From Candidatus Uhrbacteria bacterium (GTDB lineage: Bacteria; Patescibacteriota; Patescibacteriia; UBA9934): a stretch of DNA of 64,000 nucleotides. The stretch is from contig CALRAI010000001.1 of NCBI GenBank assembly GCA_943350635.1, positions 4,051 to 68,050 of the forward strand, read 5' to 3'. Shown here piece after piece: positions 37,483 to 46,781 of the stretch. The notes beneath the pieces were generated by a model that saw only the letters and a list, made by a program, of their open reading frames with translations, was not told the DNA's origin and did no database searches. Positions within the stretch are counted from its first letter, which is position 1. Each line of letters starts with the position of its first letter. The position numbers were made by a program, and so were the translations under genes.

Positions 37483-39693
37483 CTAAGGCCTCAAGGGTTT
37501 CTTGCGAAGACGGAAGACGAACTCATAGCTCGCATCCCACACGTCCGCCGGCTTCGCCCAATCGTCGCGGAGCCACGACCCATCGTCATTGCGTCCCACG
37601 TAGAAGACGCCCGGGCTGCCGCCCGAGTCGGAAATTTGCTTCATGCCAACGTACACATATTCGTTCATTGGTTGATTTGTGTACTGCAAACGGAATTGCG
37701 GACCGACCTCTGGCGGACAAAGCTCGAGACCCAGCTCTTCAGCTCGGGCGTAAATTTGATCTGTCGTTGCACCGCTTGGGAAACCCAAATCTTCTACGCG
37801 AAGGCGGATAAGCTTCGCTTCCTCTGGAGATTTGAGTTTCCACTTTTTCCAATCTGGTTGCTTTGGGTCGGGCTCGCGAAGGGAACGCTTGAAGTCATCG
37901 TGTTCCATCATTGATTTGGCGTATCCGTAAATTTGGAATCCGCTACGTTCAAGAAGATTTTCAAGTTCCTGTTCGTCCTTGCCACCGATCTCAATGCTTT
38001 GACGGCGAATGCGGCTCTCAGGGAATTTGGTGTAAACATGCTCTACGCCTTCCGGTAGCTGATCGAAAATGCCAGGCTCAAGCTTGCCGACGTAGGCTTT
38101 AGTCGATTCGTTGATCTGATCAACCGAACGGGCAATTTGGCTTTCATCGCACTCAAAGACGACAAGCATGTCCTCATCAGGATTACGCTCACGGTGCAGT
38201 TCGACAACACGAGGATCCTTGTCGTAGCCGAAACCCTCGATAGGAGCATTGATTTCGTAGAGGAAAAGAAGGTCTTGTTTTGTGAGCGGCTTACCGGCAA
38301 CGGTCTTTTGTTCGACGAGGGTCAAGAGTCTCATGTCGCCGGCTTTCTTCTCGTAAGCCGTGCCATCTGGAAATTCTTTCATCTTTGCTCCGACAACTGG
38401 CGCGATATGCGGATCGAGGTTCTGATCGGGCGCGATACCACGAACCTCGGCAATCTTATCGCCTTCCATACGAATAGCGGCACGGGGAATGCTGCTTGCG
38501 CCGGATTCATCTTGCGAATAGTAAACATAAAAGTCGCCACGGGAGAGCTGGGACTTTGCCACCTCTTCTCCGGCGGTACACCAACCGGTCTTGTGGCGCT
38601 CGATGGATTGGACGAGCAGGGTTGGCTCGGAGCCTTGGGCATACTTCACCCATTGTCCCGTAGTGTTATGCAAGAGCGTTTCGCTGGTCGGGATGAGCTT
38701 GGCAAATTCAAGGGCATAGAGTCTGGCAAAATCCTTGGCATCCAAAGCCGATTGAACTTCCGGTTCGAGATTTCGTTCGTCGACAGGCGTTGCAATTTCA
38801 AACGTTGACGGATCAAACGGAGCCATGTCAAGTTCCGCGATGATTCGTTCGCGGTCAACGGGCGCGGCTGGGTTTTGTTTCTTGGCTTCGGCAATCTTTT
38901 GTCCGATAACAAGCTGGCGTTCCTTGTTGTGCTTTTTTTCTGCTCGTTCCAGCTCCTGCCGTGACGCTGCAAGCTGTTCCTTGTAAATACGATCATGTTC
39001 AACGTGATCGCGAACCTTTCCAAGAACTGCCTGGTCCAATTCGGGGAACGGATTCATGGTCTCTTCGTCCCTGGAGGGAAAGGTTTTGGTGTCCTTATCA
39101 AAACTCGAGAGTCCGGTGACGCTTCTCATTGCCCAGTACCTGAACCAGTCTGGGTAGGCGGCTCCGGCATCATCGGTTGCAAGATAGTCGATCCACTTGT
39201 CCAGTGATCGCTTTTGGTCTTCGATCTTGGCGACGATTTCCTCGGCCATCTGCTTTTGTTCGTTCGGAAGTTCCTGAAGCTCTTCCCCGATGTCTGATCC
39301 TTTGGCGATAGCCTGTACCGCGCGCGTAATCTGATCGTGGACATCATCGGGAATGTCCGTGTCGCCATGTCCTAGGGCACGCGCCTGTTTTTGTTGGTGC
39401 CCCAAATATTCCTCGGTGGCGACGTCAGGTTTCACGATCAGGGCTTCGTGCATGAAGCGCTTCATCATGGAGAGGTTGCGTGCCTTGCGGTCAAAGCTCT
39501 CGTGGCCCTTGATCGGCGGCGGATTGAGCACCACGTCCAGGCGGTCTAGATATGCCTGTATACGTTCCGCTGGGATATTCCGAACACGCTCGCGTGTTCG
39601 AGATTCTTTGCGCGCAACAGCCCTCTCCGCTTCCGGCGATTTCTCAAGCTGGTATTTCTGTCGAAGAAATTCGGGGTTTGATCCTTTTTCCAT
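37483..39693 (-). CDS. DGR target protein with C-terminal C-type lectin/FGE-sulfatase-like variable domain
   Basis: 737-aa soluble protein with no signal peptide. C-terminus fits the CLec VR pattern (G-x-x-x-GSW…W…FVFRL) and contains the VR. Start taken at MEKGSN. Confidence 0.75.
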   Translation of the reverse strand: MEKGSNPEFLRQKYQLEKSPEAERAVARKESRTRERVRNIPAERIQAYLDRLDVVLNPPPIKGHESFDRKARNLSMMKRFMHEALIVKPDVATEEYLGHQQKQARALGHGDTDIPDDVHDQITRAVQAIAKGSDIGEELQELPNEQKQMAEEIVAKIEDQKRSLDKWIDYLATDDAGAAYPDWFRYWAMRSVTGLSSFDKDTKTFPSRDEETMNPFPELDQAVLGKVRDHVEHDRIYKEQLAASRQELERAEKKHNKERQLVIGQKIAEAKKQNPAAPVDRERIIAELDMAPFDPSTFEIATPVDERNLEPEVQSALDAKDFARLYALEFAKLIPTSETLLHNTTGQWVKYAQGSEPTLLVQSIERHKTGWCTAGEEVAKSQLSRGDFYVYYSQDESGASSIPRAAIRMEGDKIAEVRGIAPDQNLDPHIAPVVGAKMKEFPDGTAYEKKAGDMRLLTLVEQKTVAGKPLTKQDLLFLYEINAPIEGFGYDKDPRVVELHRERNPDEDMLVVFECDESQIARSVDQINESTKAYVGKLEPGIFDQLPEGVEHVYTKFPESRIRRQSIEIGGKDEQELENLLERSGFQIYGYAKSMMEHDDFKRSLREPDPKQPDWKKWKLKSPEEAKLIRLRVEDLGFPSGATTDQIYARAEELGLELCPPEVGPQFRLQYTNQPMNEYVYVGMKQISDSGGSPGVFYVGRNDDGSWLRDDWAKPADVWDASYEFVFRLRKKPLRP
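37507..37640 (-). repeat. DGR variable repeat (VR) at the 3' end of the target gene
   Basis: Encodes …GRNDDGSWLRDDWAKPADVWDASYEFVFRLRK. Differs from TR only at TR-adenine positions. Confidence 0.85.
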
Positions 39694-39833
39694 ATGCGGG
39701 AATGGTAGCAAAAACAGCCCAGAATTGGTAGCGCACGTCCACACCTATTTAGGTGGCCTTGAGTTACTACATCTTTTTTGCCCCATTCAAAACGCCACCC
39801 CAGATGGATGGCGTTTTATCTTGTAATTTCTCC

Positions 39834-40313
39834 CTACTTCGTCACGAGCGTGCAGTCCTTCACGAGCACGTTCCCAAGAAGTCCGTTCACGCGTCCTTGC
39901 ATGGTCACCTTGGTGCCCTCTGCCAATGCGCTTGCTTCCGCGATCGCATCGTCGTCGAGCATGCATTGCACGGAGCCGATAATGTCGCCGGTCTTAAGCG
40001 AGATGTATGGCTTGTCGAGAATGTCTTTGCCGATGTTGTCGACTGTACCGCTCACTTCCACGAGCTTACCCTTGTAGGTATTATCGGCGGAAATTTCGTT
40101 CGCCTTATAGTCGGAATAAAGCTTCGTCGACGTGACGACGATCGCTTCTTCCGCCGGCGCGGTATTGGCCTGATTCGATCCTGACGAACTGGTACCCGAC
40201 GAACCACTACCACCGCCAGATGAGGCGATGACAATGACGACGATAATGGCGAGGAGCCAGAACCACCACTTTTTATAAATCGGACGCTTCACCTTGGTTG
40301 GATTGTCACTCAT
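39834..40313 (-). CDS. membrane-anchored OB-fold (tRNA_anti-like/BOF) protein
   Basis: KKWWFWLLAIIVVIVI TM helix, Gly/Ser linker, and C-terminal …YKGKLVEVSGTVDNI… fold. Start at MSDNPTK. Confidence 0.45.
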   Translation of the reverse strand: MSDNPTKVKRPIYKKWWFWLLAIIVVIVIASSGGGSGSSGTSSSGSNQANTAPAEEAIVVTSTKLYSDYKANEISADNTYKGKLVEVSGTVDNIGKDILDKPYISLKTGDIIGSVQCMLDDDAIAEASALAEGTKVTMQGRVNGLLGNVLVKDCTLVTK

Positions 40314-40372
40314 ACGAATATGAATGTTAATAATAAGCGAACTTTCGAGTGATGCTGGGTGAGGCTTTATAG

Positions 40373-40516
40373 CACAAAGCCCGCCGCCAGCATTGTGACT
40401 TTCATCACCGCACCCCTTTCGGAGTACGACCAACCAAGGCTTTGCTGAACGACGGGTTCAGTGCCTTGGTTGGGTTTAGCACCATGCCATGGTCGATGTC
40501 CGATCATGGTTTAGGC
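40373..40516. ncRNA. conserved structured element, copy 2
   Basis: Aligns with 15902-16042. Inner hairpin CTGAACGACGGGTTCAG is identical. Outer stem CCAACCAAGGC/GCCTTGGTTGG covaries with CCATACAAAG/CTTTGTATGG in copy 1. Confidence 0.4.
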
Positions 40517-40606
40517 GACTCTAAGTTGTACGCACATAGTAGCTTATTGCAGAAAACTACTCAAATTGAGTTGCCTACAGTTTGCTTTAGGGATTTTTGA
40601 GGAGAT

Positions 40607-41386
40607 TTGATAGTATTTACAGTAAATATGTCGTTTCGCTTTGATAACCAACTACCAAAAAAGGATGTTTTATCGACCAGCGCATTCCCCGCACTGGAGA
40701 AGCTTTTGGATAATAAAGTATTCTTCCAAGCGATTGAAAATATTGCTAAGGTCGCCGAGCAAATCAATGAGCCAATGAGAAAGTTGGCCGAAATCACGGA
40801 GAAACTCAACGAACCCATGAGGCACATCACTCGTGCAGTCGAGCAAATGCAAACCTCCTTTGGGTTTGATGAGATGCAAAAGTTGGCATCACGTTTTGCC
40901 GATCTTCATACGAACCTCCTTCCAAATTGGGGCGAGGTCATTCGGGCGTACGACGTCCTCAAGCCACCAGTCACGGATGAAGAGTTGGTTGACCTACCTG
41001 CCGAGTCAGAAATAGTGAAGACGGAGATGGTTCGCGATGCGATCATAGCCGTGGGCGTCGAGGCAACGCTGCGATTGGAAAAGACGCTTCCCAAACGAAA
41101 GTTGCGACTCGGTGTGAATCATCGACTGTATGATCGTCAAAATCTCGAAGTGTACGTCGATCTGTCCGATCCGATGTTTGGCCTTGCGAACACACTGAGA
41201 AAGCGTCTTACTCCAACACCAGTGCTTACGGAGGCGTCAAAGTACAAAAATGACACAACCACTCGACGAGGGATACAGCGATTTAATCAGTTGGGTTATA
41301 CTAAGTTTAATCTCGCAGGCAGTATCGTCGTCGAAGACAAAGACTCTGGCTACCGCTTTGCCAAATTCGTGAACGTCAAACTATAA
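40607..41386 (+). CDS. hypothetical protein
   Basis: 259-aa ORF with no motif recognised. Followed by a terminator hairpin. Confidence 0.45.
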   Translation: MIVFTVNMSFRFDNQLPKKDVLSTSAFPALEKLLDNKVFFQAIENIAKVAEQINEPMRKLAEITEKLNEPMRHITRAVEQMQTSFGFDEMQKLASRFADLHTNLLPNWGEVIRAYDVLKPPVTDEELVDLPAESEIVKTEMVRDAIIAVGVEATLRLEKTLPKRKLRLGVNHRLYDRQNLEVYVDLSDPMFGLANTLRKRLTPTPVLTEASKYKNDTTTRRGIQRFNQLGYTKFNLAGSIVVEDKDSGYRFAKFVNVKL

Positions 41387-41424
41387 ATTTGCCAGTGGAT
41401 AAATAAAATTGCCAGTAGGTAGTC

Positions 41425-41455
41425 AAAAACAGGGCTAAGAAAAGCCCTGTTTTTG
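41425..41455 (+). terminator. rho-independent terminator
   Basis: AAAAACAGGGCT-AAGAAA-AGCCCTGTTTTT. Confidence 0.5.
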
Positions 41456-41460
41456 TATGG

Positions 41461-42825
41461 TTGGGTGTAGCAGGGCGACTATCGGGTGTAGCGGCGTGGG
41501 TGATGCAATATCCCCATAACTCTTCACCAACACCTATGCCAAAAGACATAGAACAAACAGCAAAGATCGCCGTTCAATACGTCCCGATAGATTCACTCAA
41601 AAACACAAAATACAACCCGAGAAAACATGATGCGGCCGCAGCGGAAAAGCTGAAAGACAGCATCCGTCGTTACGGTCTCGTCGACCCTATCCTTGTAAAC
41701 AGCGCGCCGAAACGCAAAGGCGTCATCATCAACAAACATTTTCGTTGGAAGGTCGCCAAGGAACTTGGTATTGAGCAAGTACCCGTCGTGTTCCTCAACA
41801 TTCCAAATCCTGAACGCGAGAAGGAACTTAACCTTCGCCTCAATCGGAACACTGGCGAATGGGACTGGAATTTGCTGAAGGACTTTGATCTCGACCTCCT
41901 TCTTGATGTCGGGTTCGATGACGTCGATCTGAGCCATGTGTGGGATGACTCACTCGAAACCGAGGACGATGACTTCAATATCAAAAAAAAACTGGCCAAG
42001 ATTAAGAAGCCAACGACAAAACCTGGCGACATATTTCAGCTCGGCGTGCATCGGCTTATTTACAGCGACTCCACGGATGCAAATGTCGTGAAGAAGCTTG
42101 TAGGGAAAGTTGGTATCGACATGATTTATTCTGACCCTCCGTACAACATCGCCCTCGACTACTCCAAGGGCGTGAGTACTTCCGGTAAGTACGGCGGAAA
42201 AACGAACGATAAAAAAACCACCGTCGATTACCGCGCATTCCTCAGGTCGGCAATGGAGAATGGCCTCGCCGTTGCCAAGTCGGACGCACACGTCTTCTTT
42301 TGGTGCGACGAAAACTACATTGGCGTCGTGCAAAGTCTTTACCAAGAGGTTGGTGTCGCGAACAAGCGCGTGTGTTTGTGGGTGAAGAATAACTTCAACA
42401 TGACGCCGCAAGTGGCTTTCAACAAAGCCTATGAGCCCTGTGTCTACGGCACACGCGGTAAACCGTACCTTGCGCCGAAGATTCAGAACTTGAACGAGCT
42501 GATGAATAAAGAGATCGGCAACGGCAATCGCGTAGCCGATGACATCTTGGATCTTATGAGTATTTGGTTGGCGAAGCGACTGCCCGCGCAAGAATACGAA
42601 CATCCGACGGAAAAGCCGCCCACCCTGCACGAGAAAGCTCTCCGACGCTGCACGAAACCGGGCGACGCAGTTCTCGACCTGTTCGGCGGCTCGGGTTCGA
42701 CGCTCATCGCTTGCGAGCAGTTAAAACGACGCGCGTTCCTGGTTGAGATTGAACCAATATTCTGTGACTTAATCATTCGTCGATATGAAGCCCTCACCAA
42801 AACAAAAGCCAAGCGCATCAATTAA
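41461..42825 (+). CDS. ParB-like nuclease domain fused to DNA N4/N6 methyltransferase
   Basis: N-terminal ParB-N (VQYVPIDSLKNTKYNPRKHD…GLVDPILVN). MTase motifs IYSDPPYNI and EHPTEKP with a C-terminal SAM-binding region. Start may be MPKDIEQ (41536). Confidence 0.7.
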   Translation: MGVAGRLSGVAAWVMQYPHNSSPTPMPKDIEQTAKIAVQYVPIDSLKNTKYNPRKHDAAAAEKLKDSIRRYGLVDPILVNSAPKRKGVIINKHFRWKVAKELGIEQVPVVFLNIPNPEREKELNLRLNRNTGEWDWNLLKDFDLDLLLDVGFDDVDLSHVWDDSLETEDDDFNIKKKLAKIKKPTTKPGDIFQLGVHRLIYSDSTDANVVKKLVGKVGIDMIYSDPPYNIALDYSKGVSTSGKYGGKTNDKKTTVDYRAFLRSAMENGLAVAKSDAHVFFWCDENYIGVVQSLYQEVGVANKRVCLWVKNNFNMTPQVAFNKAYEPCVYGTRGKPYLAPKIQNLNELMNKEIGNGNRVADDILDLMSIWLAKRLPAQEYEHPTEKPPTLHEKALRRCTKPGDAVLDLFGGSGSTLIACEQLKRRAFLVEIEPIFCDLIIRRYEALTKTKAKRIN

Positions 42826-43393
42826 GTTAGGCGACATTTTTCTCCTCGGTGAGCATCGCCTCATGTGCGGGGACGCGCGCGACGCGGATGCAGTCGTGAA
42901 GTTCGTCGGGAAGGAGCGTGTCGCTGCCATTGTTTCCGACCCTCCATACGGTGTGGCCTATGTTGAGAGCAAAGCGGGGTTCAAGCAGAAGCTCGGTAAA
43001 GAGAAAATTATCGTCAACGATCACGAACAATCCGAGGACGAATATCGCATCTTCACCAAAGACTGGATGCTCGCCATTCGGCCATTGCTCGCGCGACACA
43101 ATAGCCTCTATGTGTTTAACGCCGACAAGATGATCTTCGCCCTACGTGAAGGCATGCGTGACGCAGGCTATGTGTTTACTCAACTCCTCATTTGGGCAAA
43201 GACGCACGCAGTTGTCGGTCGCATGGATTATCTGCCACAGCACGAACTTATTGCCTACGGCTGGTACGGACGGCACCAATTCCAGAAGGCAAAGGACAAA
43301 TCGATCTTGGTTTATCCTAAGCCTTCATCGAGCAAGATGCATCCGACCATGAAGGGAGGCAAGCTGATCGTTGAAAAGACCAAGAAAACCTAA
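42785..43393 (+). CDS. DNA N4/N6 methyltransferase (short paralogue)
   Basis: LGDIFLLGEHRLMCGD (the same N-terminal motif as the upstream MTase domain), SDPPYGVAY, and HPTMKGGK. Confidence 0.65.
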   Translation: MKPSPKQKPSASIKLGDIFLLGEHRLMCGDARDADAVVKFVGKERVAAIVSDPPYGVAYVESKAGFKQKLGKEKIIVNDHEQSEDEYRIFTKDWMLAIRPLLARHNSLYVFNADKMIFALREGMRDAGYVFTQLLIWAKTHAVVGRMDYLPQHELIAYGWYGRHQFQKAKDKSILVYPKPSSSKMHPTMKGGKLIVEKTKKT

Positions 43394-43418
43394 GGGTCGC
43401 CAAACAATCAGCCCAAAC

Positions 43419-43452
43419 GAAAACCCGCACTCAATGAAGAATGCGGGTTTTC
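43419..43452. terminator. bidirectional terminator hairpin
   Basis: AAAACCCGCA-N12-TGCGGGTTTT lies between the MTase and tRNA-Gln. Confidence 0.55.
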
Positions 43453-43493
43453 TTGGTCACCCCCTGTCCCGGTCTGTAGGAACAGGTCGTGAT

Positions 43494-43566
43494 GGTTCCG
43501 GGACATGGATTCGAACCATGGTTCACGGCTTCAAAGGCCGCTGTCCTGCCGTTAGACGATCCCGGA
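43494..43566 (-). tRNA. tRNA-Gln (anticodon TTG)
   Basis: Hand-folded: acceptor TCCGGGA/TCCCGGA, anticodon stem GCGGC/GCCGT with loop CTTTGAA, T-arm CATGG-TTCGAAT-CCATG, CCA encoded. Confidence 0.8.
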
Positions 43567-43645
43567 GCGGTTACGACGCATTGCTGATCGAGGAGAAGTG
43601 TAGCGCAAAGGACGAAGGGAATCAATAACGGTATACTCTCTGTGC

Positions 43646-44440
43646 ATGAGTAAAGTGTCTGTGATTCAAGGGGATCAGCGACGAAAGGCGGTGTACGAAT
43701 CGCTGTATGGTTTGGGTATGGAGTTTGTGGACCGAATCAAAGCGACGAAATCCATACTTGTGGTGCCGAATATTTCATCGGCGGATAGTGCTTTTGCCAT
43801 ACACGCCGACGCACTTCGGGGAACAATCGATGCCATTCGTGTGCATTCTCGGGCTCCTATCAGTATCGGTGCTGCGGGAATGTATGGAACGAAAGCGGTG
43901 TTTCAACGCTTGGGATACGATCGACTGCTCCGTGAATACGATCATCTCCGATGTGTTGATTTTTACGACGACTCGCTCATCGAAAGTTTTATCGACGACG
44001 GAGCAATGATGATTCGTCGTCCAGCAACGGCGATGTCGAGAAGTTTCGTGATCTCTATAGCGCCGATTATTCCAAGTCGCACAGAATACATTTCTTTTTG
44101 CATCGAAAACTGGATCCGTAACTCATGGATCGTGCCGCCACGCTCGAGTGCCACGGGAATGGTGTGGAATCATGAGCCGTGGCTGGAAGGAAAGCGGGAT
44201 CGAGTTATCGGAGAGTTGTACCATCAGAAGCCATGCGACCTCGCGATTATCGACGGGATCGAGACACGAAGCATTGTTCTTGCGGGATTCGATCCTGTGG
44301 CGGTGGATACGGTTGGCGCTTCGCTTACTGGAATTGATGTTGCATCGGATTCTTACCTTTCTCTGCTTTCCGAACGGGGACACGGAGAATGCGCGTTATC
44401 CAAGATTGATGTTCCCTTGGGGATTGTTTCGCCTCGATAA
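43646..44440 (+). CDS. hypothetical protein (possibly DUF362-like)
   Basis: 264-aa ORF. The family assignment is tentative. Confidence 0.4.
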   Translation: MSKVSVIQGDQRRKAVYESLYGLGMEFVDRIKATKSILVVPNISSADSAFAIHADALRGTIDAIRVHSRAPISIGAAGMYGTKAVFQRLGYDRLLREYDHLRCVDFYDDSLIESFIDDGAMMIRRPATAMSRSFVISIAPIIPSRTEYISFCIENWIRNSWIVPPRSSATGMVWNHEPWLEGKRDRVIGELYHQKPCDLAIIDGIETRSIVLAGFDPVAVDTVGASLTGIDVASDSYLSLLSERGHGECALSKIDVPLGIVSPR

Positions 44441-44470
44441 TCGGGAATCATTCGTGTATCATTTCCCCAT

Positions 44471-44959
44471 ATGCCTACCTGTATTTTTCCTGGTCGATTT
44501 CAGCCGTTTCACGAAGGTCATATGCTCGTGGTGCAGGGGATGATGAAAATTCACGGAAATGCCGTTATTGCCATTTGCGATGGAAAGTCGGAGCACGGAG
44601 CAGATACTCCGTTTACGGTGGCACAGCGTCATGAAATGATCAGTGCCGCGCTTTTGGCCGCAGATATTACCGAAGCAACGATTGTGGACGTGATCGACAA
44701 GCCGTCGGACGAGCAATGGGTGGACGCAGTTATCGATGCTGCAGGGAGTCCTCGTGAGCCTTTAGTGTGGAGTGGTCGTGAGGAGATTCGCGCAATGTTT
44801 GAGGAAAAAAAGATTGAAACAAAAAAGATTGTTCCGGTTCCCGGTATCGACGGTGCCGCAATCCGATCAGCGATCGTCGCCGGAAAAGTAGATGAATGGC
44901 GAAAGAAAATTCCTGCGGGGGCATTAGATGTGGTGATGGAGATTACCCGCCTTTCTTAA
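44471..44959 (+). CDS. nicotinamide-nucleotide adenylyltransferase (archaeal NadM-type cytidylyltransferase)
   Basis: CIFPGRFQPFHEGH (HxGH nucleotidyltransferase motif). 162 aa. Confidence 0.7.
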   Translation: MPTCIFPGRFQPFHEGHMLVVQGMMKIHGNAVIAICDGKSEHGADTPFTVAQRHEMISAALLAADITEATIVDVIDKPSDEQWVDAVIDAAGSPREPLVWSGREEIRAMFEEKKIETKKIVPVPGIDGAAIRSAIVAGKVDEWRKKIPAGALDVVMEITRLS

Positions 44960-45743
44960 ATCCATCAATCGCCTTCAGCACTTCCAATGGCACCGCAAAT
45001 ACTACAGTGTTCGACGCATCGGACGAGATGTCATTGATCGAATTCAGCGTGCGAAGATGCAAGGCTCCTGGCGCTGCAGAGAGCGTAGCTGCGGCGCGTG
45101 CAAGATTTTCTGCGGCAGCGACTTCACCTTCAGAGTTAATGATCACGGCACGTCGTTCGCGTTCTGCTTCCGCCTGTTTCGCGATAGTACGCACCATGTC
45201 TGGCGGCAAGTTAATGTCTTTCAATTCTACTGCGGTTACTTCCACGCCCCATCCGCCAGTTGCTGCTTCTACAAGTTGCTCAATGCGGCTTGAGATTTGC
45301 TGACGCTGGGAGAGGAGTTCATCCAAAGTAACTTCACCAACTACATTACGCATGGTCGTTTGCGCAAGTTGGAGTACAGCCCAGTGCACGTGTTCAACTT
45401 CTATAACGGACTTTTGCGCATCAATAATTTTGTAATAAATCACGGCGGTAATTTTTGCGGAAACGTTGTCCTTGGTAATTGCATCCTGTGGGGGAACCTC
45501 AACCGCTTTCAAGCGAAGATCCACTTTGGTCATGGATTGGAACACCGGAAGAACCAAGCGCCATCCTGGATTGATCATGCTGGTGTAGCGGCCCATGGTG
45601 AATTTTACGCCACGTTCAAACTGGTTGATCTGACGGAGGGAAACAAGACACACCACCGCAACCACGAGAAGAAGAAAATAAAACATACAGAGGAATAAAG
45701 AATCGATGCATATATCATTACGCCGAAAGGCCTCTATCCGCAA
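44943..45743 (-). CDS. SPFH/band-7 (stomatin-like) membrane protein
   Basis: N-terminal TM, then an SPFH core (…KDNVSAKITAVIYYKIID…) and a coiled-coil Ala/Glu-rich tail. Confidence 0.75.
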   Translation of the reverse strand: MRIEAFRRNDICIDSLFLCMFYFLLLVVAVVCLVSLRQINQFERGVKFTMGRYTSMINPGWRLVLPVFQSMTKVDLRLKAVEVPPQDAITKDNVSAKITAVIYYKIIDAQKSVIEVEHVHWAVLQLAQTTMRNVVGEVTLDELLSQRQQISSRIEQLVEAATGGWGVEVTAVELKDINLPPDMVRTIAKQAEAERERRAVIINSEGEVAAAENLARAAATLSAAPGALHLRTLNSINDISSDASNTVVFAVPLEVLKAIDGFKKGG

Positions 45744-46659
45744 GATGTGACTGGTGGTGTTCTAGGAAAAGCAGCACCTGGAGCATTTCCTTGTGTGGAT
45801 CATTTTTCTGTACGACGGCACGATAAATGGCTTGAAGAAACGGAAATTCTGGCAAGGAAAGATTGGGAATGTTTACAACACACGGCAGTGTATTCATTAC
45901 CTCGCTTCCTCGATGTGGGGGAAGGCCTTGGGCCAAAAGATTTCCCGTCATGTAATTCGTCGAGTTTGTACTTTGTGCCGTTGCGACCAAATCCCCAAGT
46001 CCCGCAGGTCCTAATGCGGTTTCTCGTCGTCCACCTTGCTGTTCAACAATCATCATCATTTCTTCAACGGCTTGAGAAACAAGGGATCCATGAATATTGC
46101 TTCCCATGTGTAATCCGTCGCACATTCCTAAACCAAGCGCGTAGATATTTTTGAGCGCCGCCGAAAGCACCGTTCCAGCAATATCGTCCGTTTAACGAAC
46201 CACAAGCGGTGTATGCCGAAACAGCATGGCAACCGTATTGCGTGCCGTTGTATTCAAGCTCGCAGCAACGCCGGTGGCCGGAAGCCCGTTGAGCAATTCC
46301 TCGGAGATCATTGGTCCGCCAAGAAACACAAAGGGATTGTGTTGAGGAAGGTGCTGAGGAAAGAGTGTGTCCACACGTTGGCACGTTTCCTTCTCAAATC
46401 CCTTGGACACACTGACGATGATCGTTTTCTCCTGAAGGTACGGATGGATTTCTTGCAGAACCGATCGTGTCGTCCACGTAGGAACACATGCAATAAGCAC
46501 ATCGCAGGAGGGAAGAATCGATTGCAGTGGTGATTGATGGGGGAGAATGTCGCTATTCTTATCCCAACACGTTACCGTAAGATTCGGCTGTGGTTTGAGG
46601 ACATGGTGCAATGCCTTGCCCATTTCTCCGTATCCAAGAATAACAACATGTGTGACCAT
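45718..46659 (-). pseudogene. gpsA: glycerol-3-phosphate dehydrogenase [NAD(P)+] interrupted by a single in-frame TAA
   Basis: N-terminal NAD-binding part (VVILGYGEMGKAL) in ORF 46192-46659 and C-terminal part (AGTVLSAALKNIYALGLG…) in ORF 45718-46170 are in the same frame, separated only by TAA at 46189-46191. Confidence 0.6.
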
Positions 46660-46781
46660 AGATACAGTAAGTATACTCGAGCGCCGTACGATAATGAAAA
46701 AAAAGTGAAGGAATCCGTTGAGTGTAGGCATCGACTGATTTATACTGTTGCGGTATCGCAATATTCTTTATTGGACACTCT

